From NCBI RefSeq assembly GCF_009914755.1, contig NC_060930.1: 64,000 nucleotides of DNA; one strand, 5' to 3'. The notes beneath the pieces were generated by a model, which made no database searches, was not told the DNA's origin, and was given only the letters and a program-made list of their open reading frames with translations. The translations under genes and the position numbers were made by a program. Each line of letters begins with the position of its first letter. The stretch's first letter is position 1. Of this stretch, positions 30,345-45,318 are shown piece after piece. Source of the stretch: the human T2T-CHM13v2.0 reference genome, Homo sapiens.

Positions 30345-30510
30345 TAATGTTCCTGACACAAAGAAAATATAAATGTTTGAGGTGATAGATATCCCAAAGA
30401 CCTTGATTTGATCATTACATATTTTATACATGTATCCAAATATTACATGTACTACCCAAAATATGTGTAACTATGATATATCAATTAAAATATTTAAAAA
30501 TTTAAAAATC
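30345..30510 (+). mobile_element. Short L1MA 3' tail
   Basis: 'ataaatgtttgaggtgatagatatccc..gatttgatcattaca..tatcaattaaaa'. Confidence 0.75.
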
Positions 30511-31454
30511 TAATCAGGACATGGAAACTCATACTGAAGGAGATTTGTTAGATATGACTCAGATCTTTTTAATAGTGCTAATTGGCTATTTTCCTTTCAC
30601 AAATCAGAGAGGAGCAAAATATTTTTGGTGAGTCATTCAGTATTACTTATATCATCTAACTTAGCAAAAGCTATTTATAACAAGCACCATATGAAAACGG
30701 GCAAACATTATGAGATATTGTATGTTGATGCTCTTCATTCTTTGCAAATATTAAAACTGTGTTTTATGCATAATTTCAACAGTCTGGGAGAAGATAAGCA
30801 TATGAATTAAATATTTAATTGCCTTTAGTAGAAAACCAGTTTCATATTATACATTTCTTGGTAAAAATTGCAGCATATATTTTTATATCTCTTTATTGGT
30901 GTCATAGCCCACAGTTTCACCACCCCAAAGCGTTTCCTTTATCAGTAAAGAAGCATCTGTAAGAAGGAAAAAAGAACATACAGAATTATATTCATACACA
31001 AACAAGCTGACCAAGTGGTCTTATTTAGCTAAAATGTGAAGAAAACAGAAATAATTTTTCAGACTTTTCACATTTATTGGGATAAATAATGAAAGCCTGG
31101 AATACTAGCAGTTGTGCTCATAATTATTTCTTATTCCCTGTTGGTTTTCTCTTTTTTCTTCACTGAGTGCACATTTTTATGATTAAAAGAAAAGTATTAC
31201 CATAGAAAATGAATACTGTATGGTACTAGTGATGGTAGTGGATAATTTGAAAGAAGTAATATGATACAAAAATAATAAACTCACTTTTGAGAGTTACTTT
31301 TATAACCAGGCATTTTGGAAGCCATATTCTGAAAAAGAGAACAAGACAAAATCCAAGTCTACTAATATGACTGGTTTATGAGTACAAGGCCTAGAGTTCC
31401 AGATAGATGTGGGTTTTGTTCCAGGAAAGCATCTATTAAAAATAAAAGATCTGA

Positions 31455-31509
31455 CATGTGTGTATATGCGCACATACACACATACACACATACACACACA
31501 TGCACACAC
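31455..31509. repeat. Imperfect (TG)/(CA) microsatellite
   Basis: catgtgtgtatatgcgcacatacacacatacacacatacacacacatgcacacac. Confidence 0.85.
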
Positions 31510-32719
31510 CATTTTTTAATGATACTCCCCCAATTAAGGATTAAAAGCCTTCTGTTTAAACATGTATCATCCTAGATTGTTATGTTAGATACATCAAGCT
31601 AGGAACCGTGTTCAGCATGTTCACATTGCACATGGCAGATACACATTTGATCAGTCAGTGAATGAGTTAGTATCCATGACCAGAAAAACATGAGCTCTTT
31701 TTCCACCTTGTTTTCACAAAGCAATTAGATAAACCCAATAAGAAAGAACACAATATCAAAAAATATATTTGAGGTAAAGGGAAATAGAATGAGCTACCTA
31801 AGGGCAGGATCCTCTAAAGATAATAAAGGCCCAGAAGTGAAAAATGATAATCCTGAACAGTCAAGGGGCAACATAAAGCCTGAACGCTGGAGAAGTGGTT
31901 TTCATGGCAAGATAGAGGGATACTAAGGTCTCTGTAGTATATGTAGAACATCTGTAGAATAGATGTTTTTCAAATGAATTTTGCCAAGACCATCCTGGGC
32001 TATCAATATTTGCCTAGAAGCTATTTTAATCAGGTTAGGTAAGAAAGATCGTGTGAACAAAGGCTGATATGACCACTCCAAAAATTCTACTCATTCTGAA
32101 AGGTGTGGATCATTTCACGGAGAAATGTAAACATTTATTTATTTAGGAAAATCTAAAAGCTAGTCAACCAAACTTCAGGATAGTTTTATCTTGGAAAAAC
32201 AACAACAACAACAACAAGAAGATATGGTATTTACTTGTTAGTTTTATAGCTCTAGAAGTTAGATTTAATCACTGTTTCCCGAAAAGATCATATTCAGTTT
32301 GTCTGATTTATTCTAACCAATTTATAAGAGAATACCATCATCAAGAAATTGATAATTTATTCATTAATGTGATAAAAATAACTTACAAAGAGACCTAAAA
32401 TAAATACTCTAGTAAGTGCATTTTTCCTTCTATGGCTTGAAAAAAATCAAATTATAACCAGATTTTGCTTGGCATAAAGAGATGTTATCCAACATCTTAA
32501 TTAAGCCTCTTTCCAGACCACGGCAAAGCGAAATGCACTATTCTATCACTAAACTGGAACATACCTAATATGAAAATGTTTCAGTGCTCCTGTAAAAAGA
32601 CCTGCCTCCTCTAATATGGAGATGTAGGCAATATAAAGAAGTGTTTTCATTTATTTTCCAAAATACTTTTCTCCTCACATACCGTGAGAATTAGAGCTGT
32701 TGCCATTGGTCTAGTTAAT

Positions 32720-33214
32720 TGTGCTGATCCAAAAAGGACAATAAAACTGCTATCTACCTAAGAGGGCTAATGGTTATAGACTACACTAAGCCTCTAAGTT
32801 AAACTCCCAAGCTTCCAGGAAGACTAAAGATCTATCTCCCTAGATATCTACATGTAAAGGGATAAAGCCTAGTCCTTGGAGACATATCTGTATTATGACA
32901 GTGAGGCTTATCTGGCTCTCATTATGTATTTATACTTTCAAAGAGTTAAGAGTAAGAGCCTAGTGTCTTTAACATCACATAAAAGAACAGAGGCTTATCT
33001 CCATTCTTACAGGGGAAGAGGAGATAGAACCCACCTCTTGCCCACATAAAAGCACAGAAAATTCATTGTTCTCCATTTCATCCCTAGTCTAGGGAGTGTA
33101 ATCCATCACTCATGTAGGCAGTTTTTAACCAGATCTTATAGCCTTGCCTACAGGTCTAGTTTTGTGTGTGGGTAGGTGCAGGGTGGATGCTAATCATGTT
33201 ACTCTGGCTGCTTA

Positions 33215-33215
<1 letters not shown>
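32720..33215 (+). mobile_element. Diverged ERVL-type LTR (MER77/MER68/MER21-like)
   Basis: 'cataaaagc..gtgtaatccatcactcatgtaggc..atgctaatcatgttactctggctgc' resembles MER21/77-family LTR body. Confidence 0.35.
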
Positions 33216-34548
<1,333 letters not shown>

Positions 34549-34619
34549 CAAGAGTTCATGTCTCATGTTTTCAGTACAGATACACACACACACGGTAACA
34601 TGTCAGACTACTCATAGTT

Positions 34620-37600
34620 CATTTTTTTAATGACAAGAAAAATTGTATATATTTTTGGCATACAAAATGTGTGTGTATATATGTGTATATATATATGGAT
34701 GTTTGTATATATATATACACATAAATATGGTAGAATAATAAAATCAAGCTCACATACTTATTTTTTTGGGGGGCGAGAACATTTAAAATTTACTCTCTCA
34801 GAAATTTTTAAGTATACAATATATTATTAAGTATAGTCACCATGCTGTAAAATAGATCTTCAGATCTATTCCTCCTGTCTAACTGAAACTTCTCACCCTT
34901 TGCCCAATATCTCCTGGTTTTCTAAACACTTCTACTAGCAGTGAACAGGGTTCCCTTTTCTCCACATTGTTTCCAACACATCTTTTGTCTTTTTGATACA
35001 GCCATTCTATCTCATTGTGGTTTTGATTTACATTTCCCTGATGATGAGTGATTTTGAGCATTTTGTAATATACCTGTTGGCCATTTGTATGTCTTTTTTG
35101 AAGAAGTATCCTCAGGCCATTTGCCCATTTCCCAATCACATTTTTTTTTATTATTGAGTTATTTAAGTTCCTTACATATTTTAAATATTAACTTTTATCA
35201 GATGAGTGGTTTGCCAATATTTTCTCCCATTCCACAGGTTGTCTTTTCACTGTGTTAATTCTTTTGCTGTGCAGAATCTTTTTAGTTTGAAGCAATTTTA
35301 TTTGTCTATTTCTGGTTTTGTTTCTTATGCCTTTGAGGTTGTATCAAAAAATTATTTGCCAAGACCAACCTCAAGTACATTCTACGCAGGTTTTAATTTA
35401 GCAATTTTACAGTTTCAGGTCTTACATTTAAATCTATAATCCATTTTCAGTTGATTTTTGTGCATGGGATAAGATAAAGGTGCAATTTAATTTTTGTGCC
35501 TGTGGAGAGCAAAGTTTTTTTTCAATTTTGGAAGAACTTTACCTATTGTGTGTTCTTGGCACCTTTGTCAAATATCAGTTTGTCCAGAAATGTGTGGATT
35601 TATTTCTGGACTCTCCATTTTGTTCTGTTGATTATACATTTATTTTTATGCCAGTGCCACACATTTTTTTTTATTACTGTAGCTTTGGAATAGGTTTTGA
35701 TATTAGAGAGTTTGATATCTCCAGCTGTGTTATTTTTACATAAGATTGCTTTGGTTGTTCAGGGTCTTTGGTGGTTCCATACAAATTTTAAGATTATTTA
35801 TTCTATGTCTGTGAAAAATTTTAGTGGGAATTAGGAGTTTTAGTAGGAATTGTATTGAATCTGTGTATTACTTGGGTAGCCTGACTATCTTAACAAGATT
35901 AATTCTTCCAATCCATTGACACAATATATCCTCCATTTATTTTTGCCCTCATCAATGTTCTGTTGTTTTCAGTGTACAGATATTTCACCTACTTGGTTAA
36001 AATTATTCCTAAGTATTTTATTCTTTTTGATGCTGCTGTAAATGGCACTATTTTCTTAAATTTTTATGGATAGTTCATTGTTAATGTGTAGAAATGCTAC
36101 TGATTTTTATGTTAATTTTTTATGCTACAACTTAACTGAATTTGTTTCTTAGATCAGTTTCTCTCTCTCCTTTTTTTTTGCTGGAGTCTTTAAAGTTTGC
36201 TATATATAAAATCATGTCAGCTGCAGAGACAAATTTACTTATTCCTTTCCAATTTTGGATATCTTTTATTTATTTTTGTTTCCTATTGCTTTGGCTAGGA
36301 CTTCCAATTCTATGTTGAATAAGAGTGGCTAGAGTAGGCACCACTATCTTTCTCCTGATATTAGAGGAAATGATTTCAACTTTTTGCCATTGAGTATGAT
36401 GTTATCTGTGGGCTTGTGATATATGGTAATTATTGTGTTGAGGTACATTCTATAATAGATTTGTTGGGAATTTTTATATTCAATTTTATAAAATGATTTT
36501 TCTGCATCTATTGAGATAATTATATGATTTTTGTCCTTCAAAAATGGTAATGTGTTCTATCACATTTACTAATTGTCATATGTGGAATTATTCTTACATC
36601 CCAGGAATAAATCCCACTTGATTGCTAAGTGATCCTTAAATTTTGTATTGTTTGCTAGCATTTTGTTGAAGCTTTTTGTATCTATATTCTTCAAGGCTAT
36701 TTGCTTGTAATTTTCTTTTCTTGTAGCATTTTTTAATGACTTTGGTATCAACGTAATGCTGGTCTCATAAAATGAGGTTAAAAGTATCCCCCTCTTTCCT
36801 CTTTATTTTTTTTTTGGGAGAGATTGAGAAAAATTGATATTTTAGTTCTTCTTTACATGGTTGATAGAATTGAGCAGTGAAGGCAACAGAACTTGGGCTT
36901 TTCTTTAATAGGATTTCTTCTATTACTAATTCAGTCTCCTTATTCATGATTTGTCAGTTCAGATTTCCATCCTTCCTGGTCCAGTCTTAGTAGATTGTTT
37001 GTGTCTAGGAATGTATACATTTCTTCCAGATTATCATATTATTGGCATATGAGTACTTTTAGTAGTAACTTGTTATCCTTTATCTTCTGTTGTGTCAGTT
37101 GTAGTGTCTTCTCTTTCATTTATAATTTTATTTGAATCTTCTTTCCTTTTGTCTTAATTGAGCTAAAGGTTTGTTGTTTTTGTTTGCTTCTTTAAAAAAA
37201 TCTCAGTTAATCAGGATTATTATTTTCCAGTCTCCATTTTATTTATTTCTTCTCTGTGTTATTTCCCTCCTTCTACTAACTTTGACTGAGTTTGTTCTTC
37301 CTTCTCTAGTTCCTTGAAGTGTCACATTGTGTTGTTTATTTGAGATCTTTCATCTTTTATAATGTAGGCATTTATCATTATAAATTTCTCTCCTAGAACT
37401 GCTTTTGCCACATCCCATGTGTTTTGACATGTTGTGTTTTATTTTGTTTTGTCTCAAGATACTTAAAAATTGGTTTTATTGATTGATTGATTCATTGGTT
37501 GTTCAGAAGCATGTTAATTTCCATGTACTTGTGAATTTTCTAAAATTCTTCTTGATGTTGATTTCTAGTTTTATAACACTGTAGTTAGAAAAGATACATG

Positions 37601-38573
37601 ATATGACTTTAGTCTCTTTAAATTGTTAAGACTTGTTTTGTGGTCTAATATATGATCTATATGTGATCTGGAGAATGTTCTGTGTGGGCTTGAGAAGAAT
37701 GTCTATTCAGATGCAGTTAGATGGAATGTTCTATATATGTCTGTTAGATCCATTTTTGCTAAAGTGTAATTCAAGTTCAATGTCTCCTTACTGATTTTCT
37801 GTCTGTATAATCTATTCATTTTTGAGACTGGAGTATTGAAGTACGCTACCATTATTTTATTGTAATCTATCTCTATCTTCAGATCTACTAATATTTCTTT
37901 ACATATTTAGTTTTTCCAATGATGAATGCATACATATTTACAATTGTTATATCTTCTCATTTAATTGACACTTTTATTATTATCTAATGACCTTCCTTGT
38001 CACTTTTTACAGTTTTTGATTTAAAGTCTAATTTTGTCTGATAGAAAAATAGGTATCTCTACTTTCTTTTGGTTTCTATTTGCATGAAAAATCATTTTCC
38101 ATCCCTTCCCTTTCATTGTGAATATCGTCAATGTGGAAGTGGGTATCTTTTACAACATGTTTTTATTTTTACTTTTTAAAAAATTTTCAGTTATTATGGG
38201 TACATAATAGCTATATTGCAGTGAGTCTCTTATAGGCAACACACAATTGAGTCTTATGTTGTCATTTTATATGTCTTCATAATGTTAATTATCTCCTTTT
38301 GTGTCAGCTTGAAGACTCACCTCAACATTTCTTGTAAGGTAGGTCTAGTGGTGATGAGCTCCTTTAGCATTTGCTTCTCTATGAAAGTTTCTTTTTGCCT
38401 TCACTTCTGAAGGAAAGCTTTGATGAGTAAATTATTTTTGGCTAGAAGCTTTTCTTTTTCTTTCTGCACATTGAATATATCATTCCACTCCTTCTTGGCC
38501 TAGTTTCTGTTGAGAAATCCATTGTCTTATGAACATTCTCTGGTATGTTAGGATCTTAGTTGTTTTTTGTTTC

Positions 38574-38616
<43 letters not shown>

Positions 38617-40772
38617 GCTGCTGCTGCTGCTGCTTTCAATAATCTCTTGTTTTGATTTTTGACAGTTTGGCTACAATATGTCTTGATGTCATTTTCCCTG
38701 GATTGAGTATCTTTGGAGACTTTTCAGCTTCTTGTATTTGGTTGTTTATATTTTCTTCAGATTTAGAAATTTTTGAGCCATTATTTTTTAAATCAGATTT
38801 TTGTTCCTTTCTTTCTCTTCTCCTTGTAATTCTATAATAAGTAAATTAGCTATCTTGATGTTTTACTGTAAATCCCATAAGATTTCTTCATGACTTTTTC
38901 AGTCTATTTTTCCTACTAACTGCATATTTTTAAATAACTGTGTTTGAGTTCAAAGGTTCTTTATCTTCCTTGATCAATTCTGCTGTTGATGATGTGCTCT
39001 ATTGCATGTTTAAATTTCATTCATTGTTTACTTTAACTCCTGAATTTCTGTTTGGTTCTTTATTATTATTTCAGTTTTTCTGTAAATGTCTTGTTTTGGT
39101 CATGTATTATTTTATGATTTTGTCCAGTTGTTTTTCTGTGTTCTTTTGAAGTTTGCTGAGCTCTCATAAAATAATTATTTTTAATTATCTGTCATGTAAT
39201 TTATAGATCTCCATTTATTTGGGGCTTGTTACTGTGAAATTATTATGTTCTTTGGGTAGTGTTATGTTTCCCTATTTTTAAAAATATTTCTTGTTGCTTT
39301 GCATTGATGTCCACACATTTGATGGAGCAGTCACCATTTTAAGACTTTATGAACTGGTTTCAATAGGAAAAGTCCTTCCTCTATGGGTGGGTGTGGGGGT
39401 GCTAGCAAGGTAGTTTGTAATACTTCTGGCTCTGTGGGCACAGGAGTATCGTTTACATTGAGCTCTGTCAGCTGAGGTCTGTGTTGGCAAAACTTGTAGG
39501 GATTTTATGCAGTCAAGGATGTGGATGATTACAGTGGCAACCATAGCTTTGGGGTCTTTGGTGGAAAAGGCTGCTAGGGCCCTTCCAATCTGTTTATCCC
39601 ACCCGAAAAGTCACGGCCAAGGGGATCCCTCTTGGTGCTGGCTCTGGCTGGAGGGCTTTCTTGTGGTAATGGCCATGGGGTCTGGTTTGCAATGCCCATG
39701 GAGCTGCCACAGAGCTGGAGTCTGAAACATGGACATACATAAAGAAACCAAGGCTCTAGGGTTGGGGCAGAGGTAACACCAATGTCACAAACACAGACAC
39801 CCTCACTGTCACATTGGGAATGGTGTATGAGGCATGGGTGCTTGTGGGACAGCCAGGGATTTGGGGTCTGGAGTCCAGGCATGAGCAGAGCTGCAGCATT
39901 TCAAAGGCCAAAGATGCAAAGTAGCCTATAGTGACACTGGCTCCAGTGTCTGAGGCATGGGTGTACACAGTGCAGCCACAGAGTTAGGATCTAGAGCATG
40001 GGAATGTAAGGAGCTACAGCAACTTTAGGATCTAGGGAGTGGACTAGCTTGCTGTACTGGTAGCTCAAATGTCAGAGAAATGGGTGCTCATGGAACAGCT
40101 GTGGAGCTAGAGTCAGAAGTTAGGGGACATGAGAGCAACCATGGTTCTAAGGTCCAGGGTGCAGCTAGCCCATAGCCACAGTGGTTCTGATGTTTGAGGC
40201 CTTCATGTTCCCGGCATGGCCATAAAGTACAAGTCTGGAACACAAGCAAGCATAGAGTGGCTAAAGAGGTGAGATTTGGTGTATGGGCACATGTGGGGTG
40301 ACTATGGCACTAAGGGCATGGGCATGCATGATGCTGGGAAGGGTAACAGCTCCAGTTCCAGGAAGATACAATAGCAACTTCTTTTTGCAGTATGTTCCAG
40401 AGGGAATAGAACAGGGATGACTGTTGGTTACCTCAATGGCAAAAATTGTCAATGTCATTTGCAAAGCAAGCTGATGAGGATTGTGGTGGCACCCACCCTG
40501 TGGCTGATACTAATAGCCATAATATTTCTTCTTTATTTCTAGCCATCTCCAGGCACCTCAGATGTACCAAACTTTGTAGCAATACCTTTTATTCAGTTAT
40601 TCTTTTTCTTTTTTATATATGCTGCACCATGTTGCTGCATGTGCTTACATGCACACTTGAGCCCTCCCAAAGCTGTTTTCATTGGTGGATAACTATCAAT
40701 TTTTTTTATTTTTTTGTGGAGACGGAGAGTAGAAGGCTTGCATTTCCTACTTTACTCTCTTATTGGTGCCAT
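34620..40772 (-). mobile_element. Long decayed L1MA-type element (3'UTR, ORF2, ORF1, GC-richer 5'UTR), with internal deletions
   Basis: 3' end at 34620; ORF2 peptides 36344-36541 '[15 protein letters not shown]' and 36765-36947; ORF1 region 38300-39340; 5'UTR to reverse complement 'gagatggcaccaa' at ~40772. Confidence 0.85.
38575..38634. repeat. Compound trinucleotide repeat (GTT)14(GCT)6
   Basis: Counted directly from the sequence. Confidence 0.95.
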
Positions 40773-41814
40773 CTCATTCACAGTACTTGACAAAACATTT
40801 TCATGAGCCAAAGACAATTCTCTAAACATTACTGGATTTATTTGTATCATAGTTACCCTAGCTCTACCTGGTTCTTTTGTTGATATATTGAATTTTGAGT
40901 AGTAGCCATTTTCAGGAGGGAAGTTTGAACAAATATTTATAAACAAAAATTCAAGTGATAATATAAATATATTCAGAACTCTAGAAGTAAGCTACATACG
41001 TTAGGTTAGTTCAAAAACCGCAATTCCTTTTTCACCAACATAATACAATGTGCTGAGATGAGTATCAGATAATAGGAACATCAAATGAAGTCTATCTGGT
41101 ACTAGAGAGTGAGTAGTGAATGTTGTAAAGGACCCAAACTGGAAATGGAGATAGCTGAGATATGAGATCACAGAACATGTTTAAATAAGGTCTCTACATA
41201 TTTATATAGGTGGATTGGCTAGATTTAAGACGGCATAGCCTGGAGGTGAAAGGCATCTGTTCAGAGGCTATTAGTAGAGCCCTAATGAGAAATAATGAAG
41301 TTCTCTATTATGGCCAATAACAGTACTTAGAAACCAGAATGTGAATTAGAAATGCAACTACTTTCTGAATGCACTTAACAGAAGTAGTTTCTTGTGCAAA
41401 ATTAGAATATAAGTTTAAATTTTAATAAGGAAAAAACTGGAATCTCTGTATCTGGCTATTTCATTTGCATTTTACACTATTAACTACATAAATTGCAGTT
41501 ACATTTACTTGCCCTCTCTTCAAGTTGTCCTAAATACTTCTTAGACATATAAGAGATATGTAAATTGAATGAGTCAAGGAATAAATGAATTAATTAAACA
41601 ATTATTATACAATTACATTTCTATATGTATGCTAAATATTAGATGAAAGCTTTTAAATCATTAAATACTGTCATGAAATAGATCTGTTTAATCTAGAAGC
41701 ATCTTAATTTTATTTAGACACTTTGGTATAAGCAACTATTAACATTAGATAACATTTAATATATAATAAATTGTGTTTAAAAATTTAGTGATTTTTCAGG
41801 TATTTCTGGCTATC

Positions 41815-41927
41815 TTTATAAGAATGTAATCTCCTTGAGAACAGAAACTTTATCTTATTCACTACTGTATCTTTGAATGCTAGAGCAATTTTACATCTCT
41901 TTCAATAAATCTTGAATAAATGAATAA
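41815..41927 (+). mobile_element. L2 3' end
   Basis: 'agaatgtaatctccttgagaacagaaac..ttcactactgtatc..tcaataaat..gaataaatgaat'. Confidence 0.7.
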
Positions 41928-42084
41928 GGATGAGCTCTCTAGAAATGTCACATCCTGAAAGCTCTTACTTTTGAATATTAATAAACATATAAAAGCAAGT
42001 AAGTAACTTCTGTATTAGGAATAGGAATAAAAGGCACAATTTTAGAAGGTTCACAAAGAGTATTAATGAATGAAGAAGTTCTTA

Positions 42085-42127
42085 TATTAGTTAACATTTT
42101 CCAGAGAAACAGAACCAATAAGATGTA

Positions 42128-42198
<71 letters not shown>

Positions 42199-42453
42199 AG
42201 AGAGAGATTTTAAGGAATTGGCTCATGTGATTGTAGGGCTGGTAGTTCCAAAATCTTCTTAGCAGGCCTGCAGGCTGGAGACCTGAAGAAGAATTGATGA
42301 TGCAATTTTGAATCCAAAAGCAGTCTGGAGGCAGAATTTCTTCTTGTTTGTGGAAACTCAGTCTTTGAAGATCTTCAGTTGACGAGATGAGGCTTACCCA
42401 CATTATGGAAGATAATATTTTCTACTCAAAGTCTATGCTTTAAATGTTAGTCA
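42085..42453 (-). mobile_element. MLT2 (ERVL) LTR, first part, with (TG)n at ~42133-42196
   Basis: 'ccagagaaacagaaccaata..(tg)n..taaggaattggctcatgtgattg..acccacattatgga..ctcaaagtc'. Confidence 0.88.
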
Positions 42454-44726
42454 GAAGGCTGGCCAAGATGGTTGACTAGAGATAGCTAGTGTGCTCCAGT
42501 CTCATGGAGAGCAATACAAGGGATGAGTAAATACAGCACCTTCAACTGGAACATCCAGGTACAGTCATTAAGAATCATCAATAAAACAACTCAACCCATG
42601 AAGAATGGAGTAAAACAAAACAAGATGACTCCCCACATGGGAGCAACATGGAGCCAGGAGAGCCTCCCCCATTCAGGAAAGCAGTGAGTGAGTGAGTGAC
42701 CCTGGCCACCCACACTTCTCCCACGGATCTTTGCAACCCTCGGGTCAGGAGATCCCCTTGTGAACCCACTCCACCAGGGCTTTCAGTCAGACACACAGAG
42801 CTACATGGGCGCTCAACAGGGCAGCTGCTCAGGCACACATGGAGCCCCAAGAGATTTAGAAATCTGGGATTCCCAGCAAAGGCAGCTACAACTCTGGCAA
42901 AGCAGGAGGTTAGAACCCTGTACATACTCTTAGGAAAGGAGCTGAATCCAGGTGGCTAAGCAAGAGGTTAAAACCCCATACATACTCCTAGGAAAGGACT
43001 TGAATCCAGGTGGCTGAGTAGCAATCATCTGCAAGCTCCATTTCCATGGCATTTCACAGGGTAAAACCTACTGGTTTGGAACTCCAGTCAACCACCAGTA
43101 GCAGTCTTACACCTCCCTGAGACAGAGCTCCCAGAAGAAGGGGTAGTCTACCATCTTTGCTGTTTTGCAGGCTTAGACATTATTGCTTTCATTGCAACCA
43201 CTCTATGGCTTGATCCATCACAATCTAGTAGGCTTTAAGGCTGGGATACAAGGTTGTTTCCACATATGCAAATCAGTAAAAGTGATTCACCACATAAACA
43301 GAACTAAAGACAAAAAAACCACATGATCATCTCAATAGATGCAGAAAAGGGTTTTGATAAAATTCAACATCCCTTCATGTTAAACACTCTCAATAAACTA
43401 GGTATTGAAAAAGTATACATCAAAAAAATAAGAGCCATCTATGACAAACCCACAGCCAACATCATACTAATTGGGCAAGAGCTGGAAACATTCCCCTTGA
43501 AAACCAGCCCAAGACAAGAATGCTCTCTTTCACTACTCCTATTTAATACAGTATTGGAAGTCTTGGCCGGAGCAATCAGACGAGAAAGAAATAAAGGAAA
43601 TCCAAATAGGAAGAGAGAAAGTCAGACTATCTTTGTTTGCAGATAACATGATTTTATATCTAGAAAACCCTATAATCTTGGCCCAAAAGCTCCTTCAGCC
43701 AATAATCAACTTTAAGTTTCAGGATACAAAGTCAATGTACAAAAATCGCTATCATTCCTATACAACAACAACAGCCAAGCCAAGAGCCAAATCAGGAACA
43801 CAATCCCATTCACAATAGGCGCAAAAGGAATAAAATACCTAGGAATATAGCTAACCAGGGAGGTGAAAGACCTCTGTAATGAGAATTACAAAACACTGCT
43901 GAAAGAAATCAGGGATGATACAAACAAATGGAAAAATATTCCATGCTCATGGATAAGAATAATCAATATCATTAAAATGGCCATATTTCCCAAAGCAATT
44001 TACAGATTTAGTGCTATTCCTGTCAAACTACCAATGACATTCTTCACAGAATTAGGAAGAAAACTATTTTAAAATCAATATGAAACAAACAAACAAAAAG
44101 CCTGAATAGCCAAAGAAGTCCTAAGCAAAAATAAGAAAGCTGGAAGCATCAATTTCCAGGTGAAAGCTAGAAGCTACCCAACTTCAAACTATACTACAGG
44201 GCTACAGTAACCAAAAGAGCATGATAATAAAACAGACACATAAACACATAAACCAATGGAACAGAACAGAAAGCCCAGAAATAAGGTCGCACACCTGCAA
44301 CTATCTGATATTAGATAAAGCTGACAAAAACAAGCAATGGGGAAAGGATTCCCTATTTAATAAATGGTGCTGGGATAGCTGGCTAGCCATATGCACAAGA
44401 CTGAAACTGGACCCCTTCCTTACAGTATATAGAAACATTAACTCAAGGTGGATTAAAGACTTAATTGTAAAACTTAAAACTATAAAAACCCTAGAAGATA
44501 ACCTAGGCAATATCATTCTGGACATAGGACCTAGCAAAGATTTCATGACAATGACAAAAGCAATCACAAGAAAAGCAAAACTTGAACAAATGGGATCTAA
44601 TTAAACTTAAGAGGTTCTGCACAGTAAAGAAAACTGTCAACAGAATAAACAATACACAGAATGAGAGAAAACATTTGCAAACTATGCATCTGACAAAGGT
44701 CTAATATCCAGCATCTACAAGGAACT

Positions 44727-44801
<75 letters not shown>

Positions 44802-44802
44802 T
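44727..44802. repeat. (TA)n(TG)n(TA)n microsatellite within L1
   Basis: Seen directly. Confidence 0.95.
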
Positions 44803-45002
44803 AACAATTCCATTAAAAAGTGAGCAAAGAACATGAACAGACACTTCTCAAAAGAAGACATATATATAGCTTACATATAAAGCATATGAAAAACCCTCAA
44901 TATCACTAATAATTAGCAAAATGAAAATCAAAAGTACAATAAGATACCATCTCACACTAGTCAGAATGGCTGTTATTAAAAAGTCAAAAATAACAGAGGT
45001 TG

Positions 45003-45318
45003 GGCTGGGCACGGTGGCTCATGCCTGTAATCCCAGCACTTTGGGAAGATCACTTGAGGCAAGGAGTTCGAGACCAACCTGGCCAACATGCAAAACTACA
45101 TTTCTACTAAAAATAAAAATAATAAAAAAAAAAAAAATTAGCTGAGCATGGTGGTGTGTGCCTGTAGTCCCAGCTACTTGGGAGGCTGAACCTGAGAGGT
45201 GGAGGTTGCAGAGCTGAGATCGGGCCACTGCACTTCAGCTTGGGTGACAGAGCTCTGTCTCAAAAATAAAATAAATGAAATAAAAATAAAATAAATGAAA
45301 TAAAAATAAAATAAAATG
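45003..45318 (+). mobile_element. Older Alu (AluJ/early S) with internal deletions and patterned A tail
   Basis: Alu dimer; TSD aaaataacagaggYtgg at 44987-45003 and 45319-45335. Confidence 0.92.

Noticed and set aside
41978-42403. 141-aa ORF with a THTH repeat
   Set aside because: Read-through of the MLT2 LTR and its (CA)n tract.
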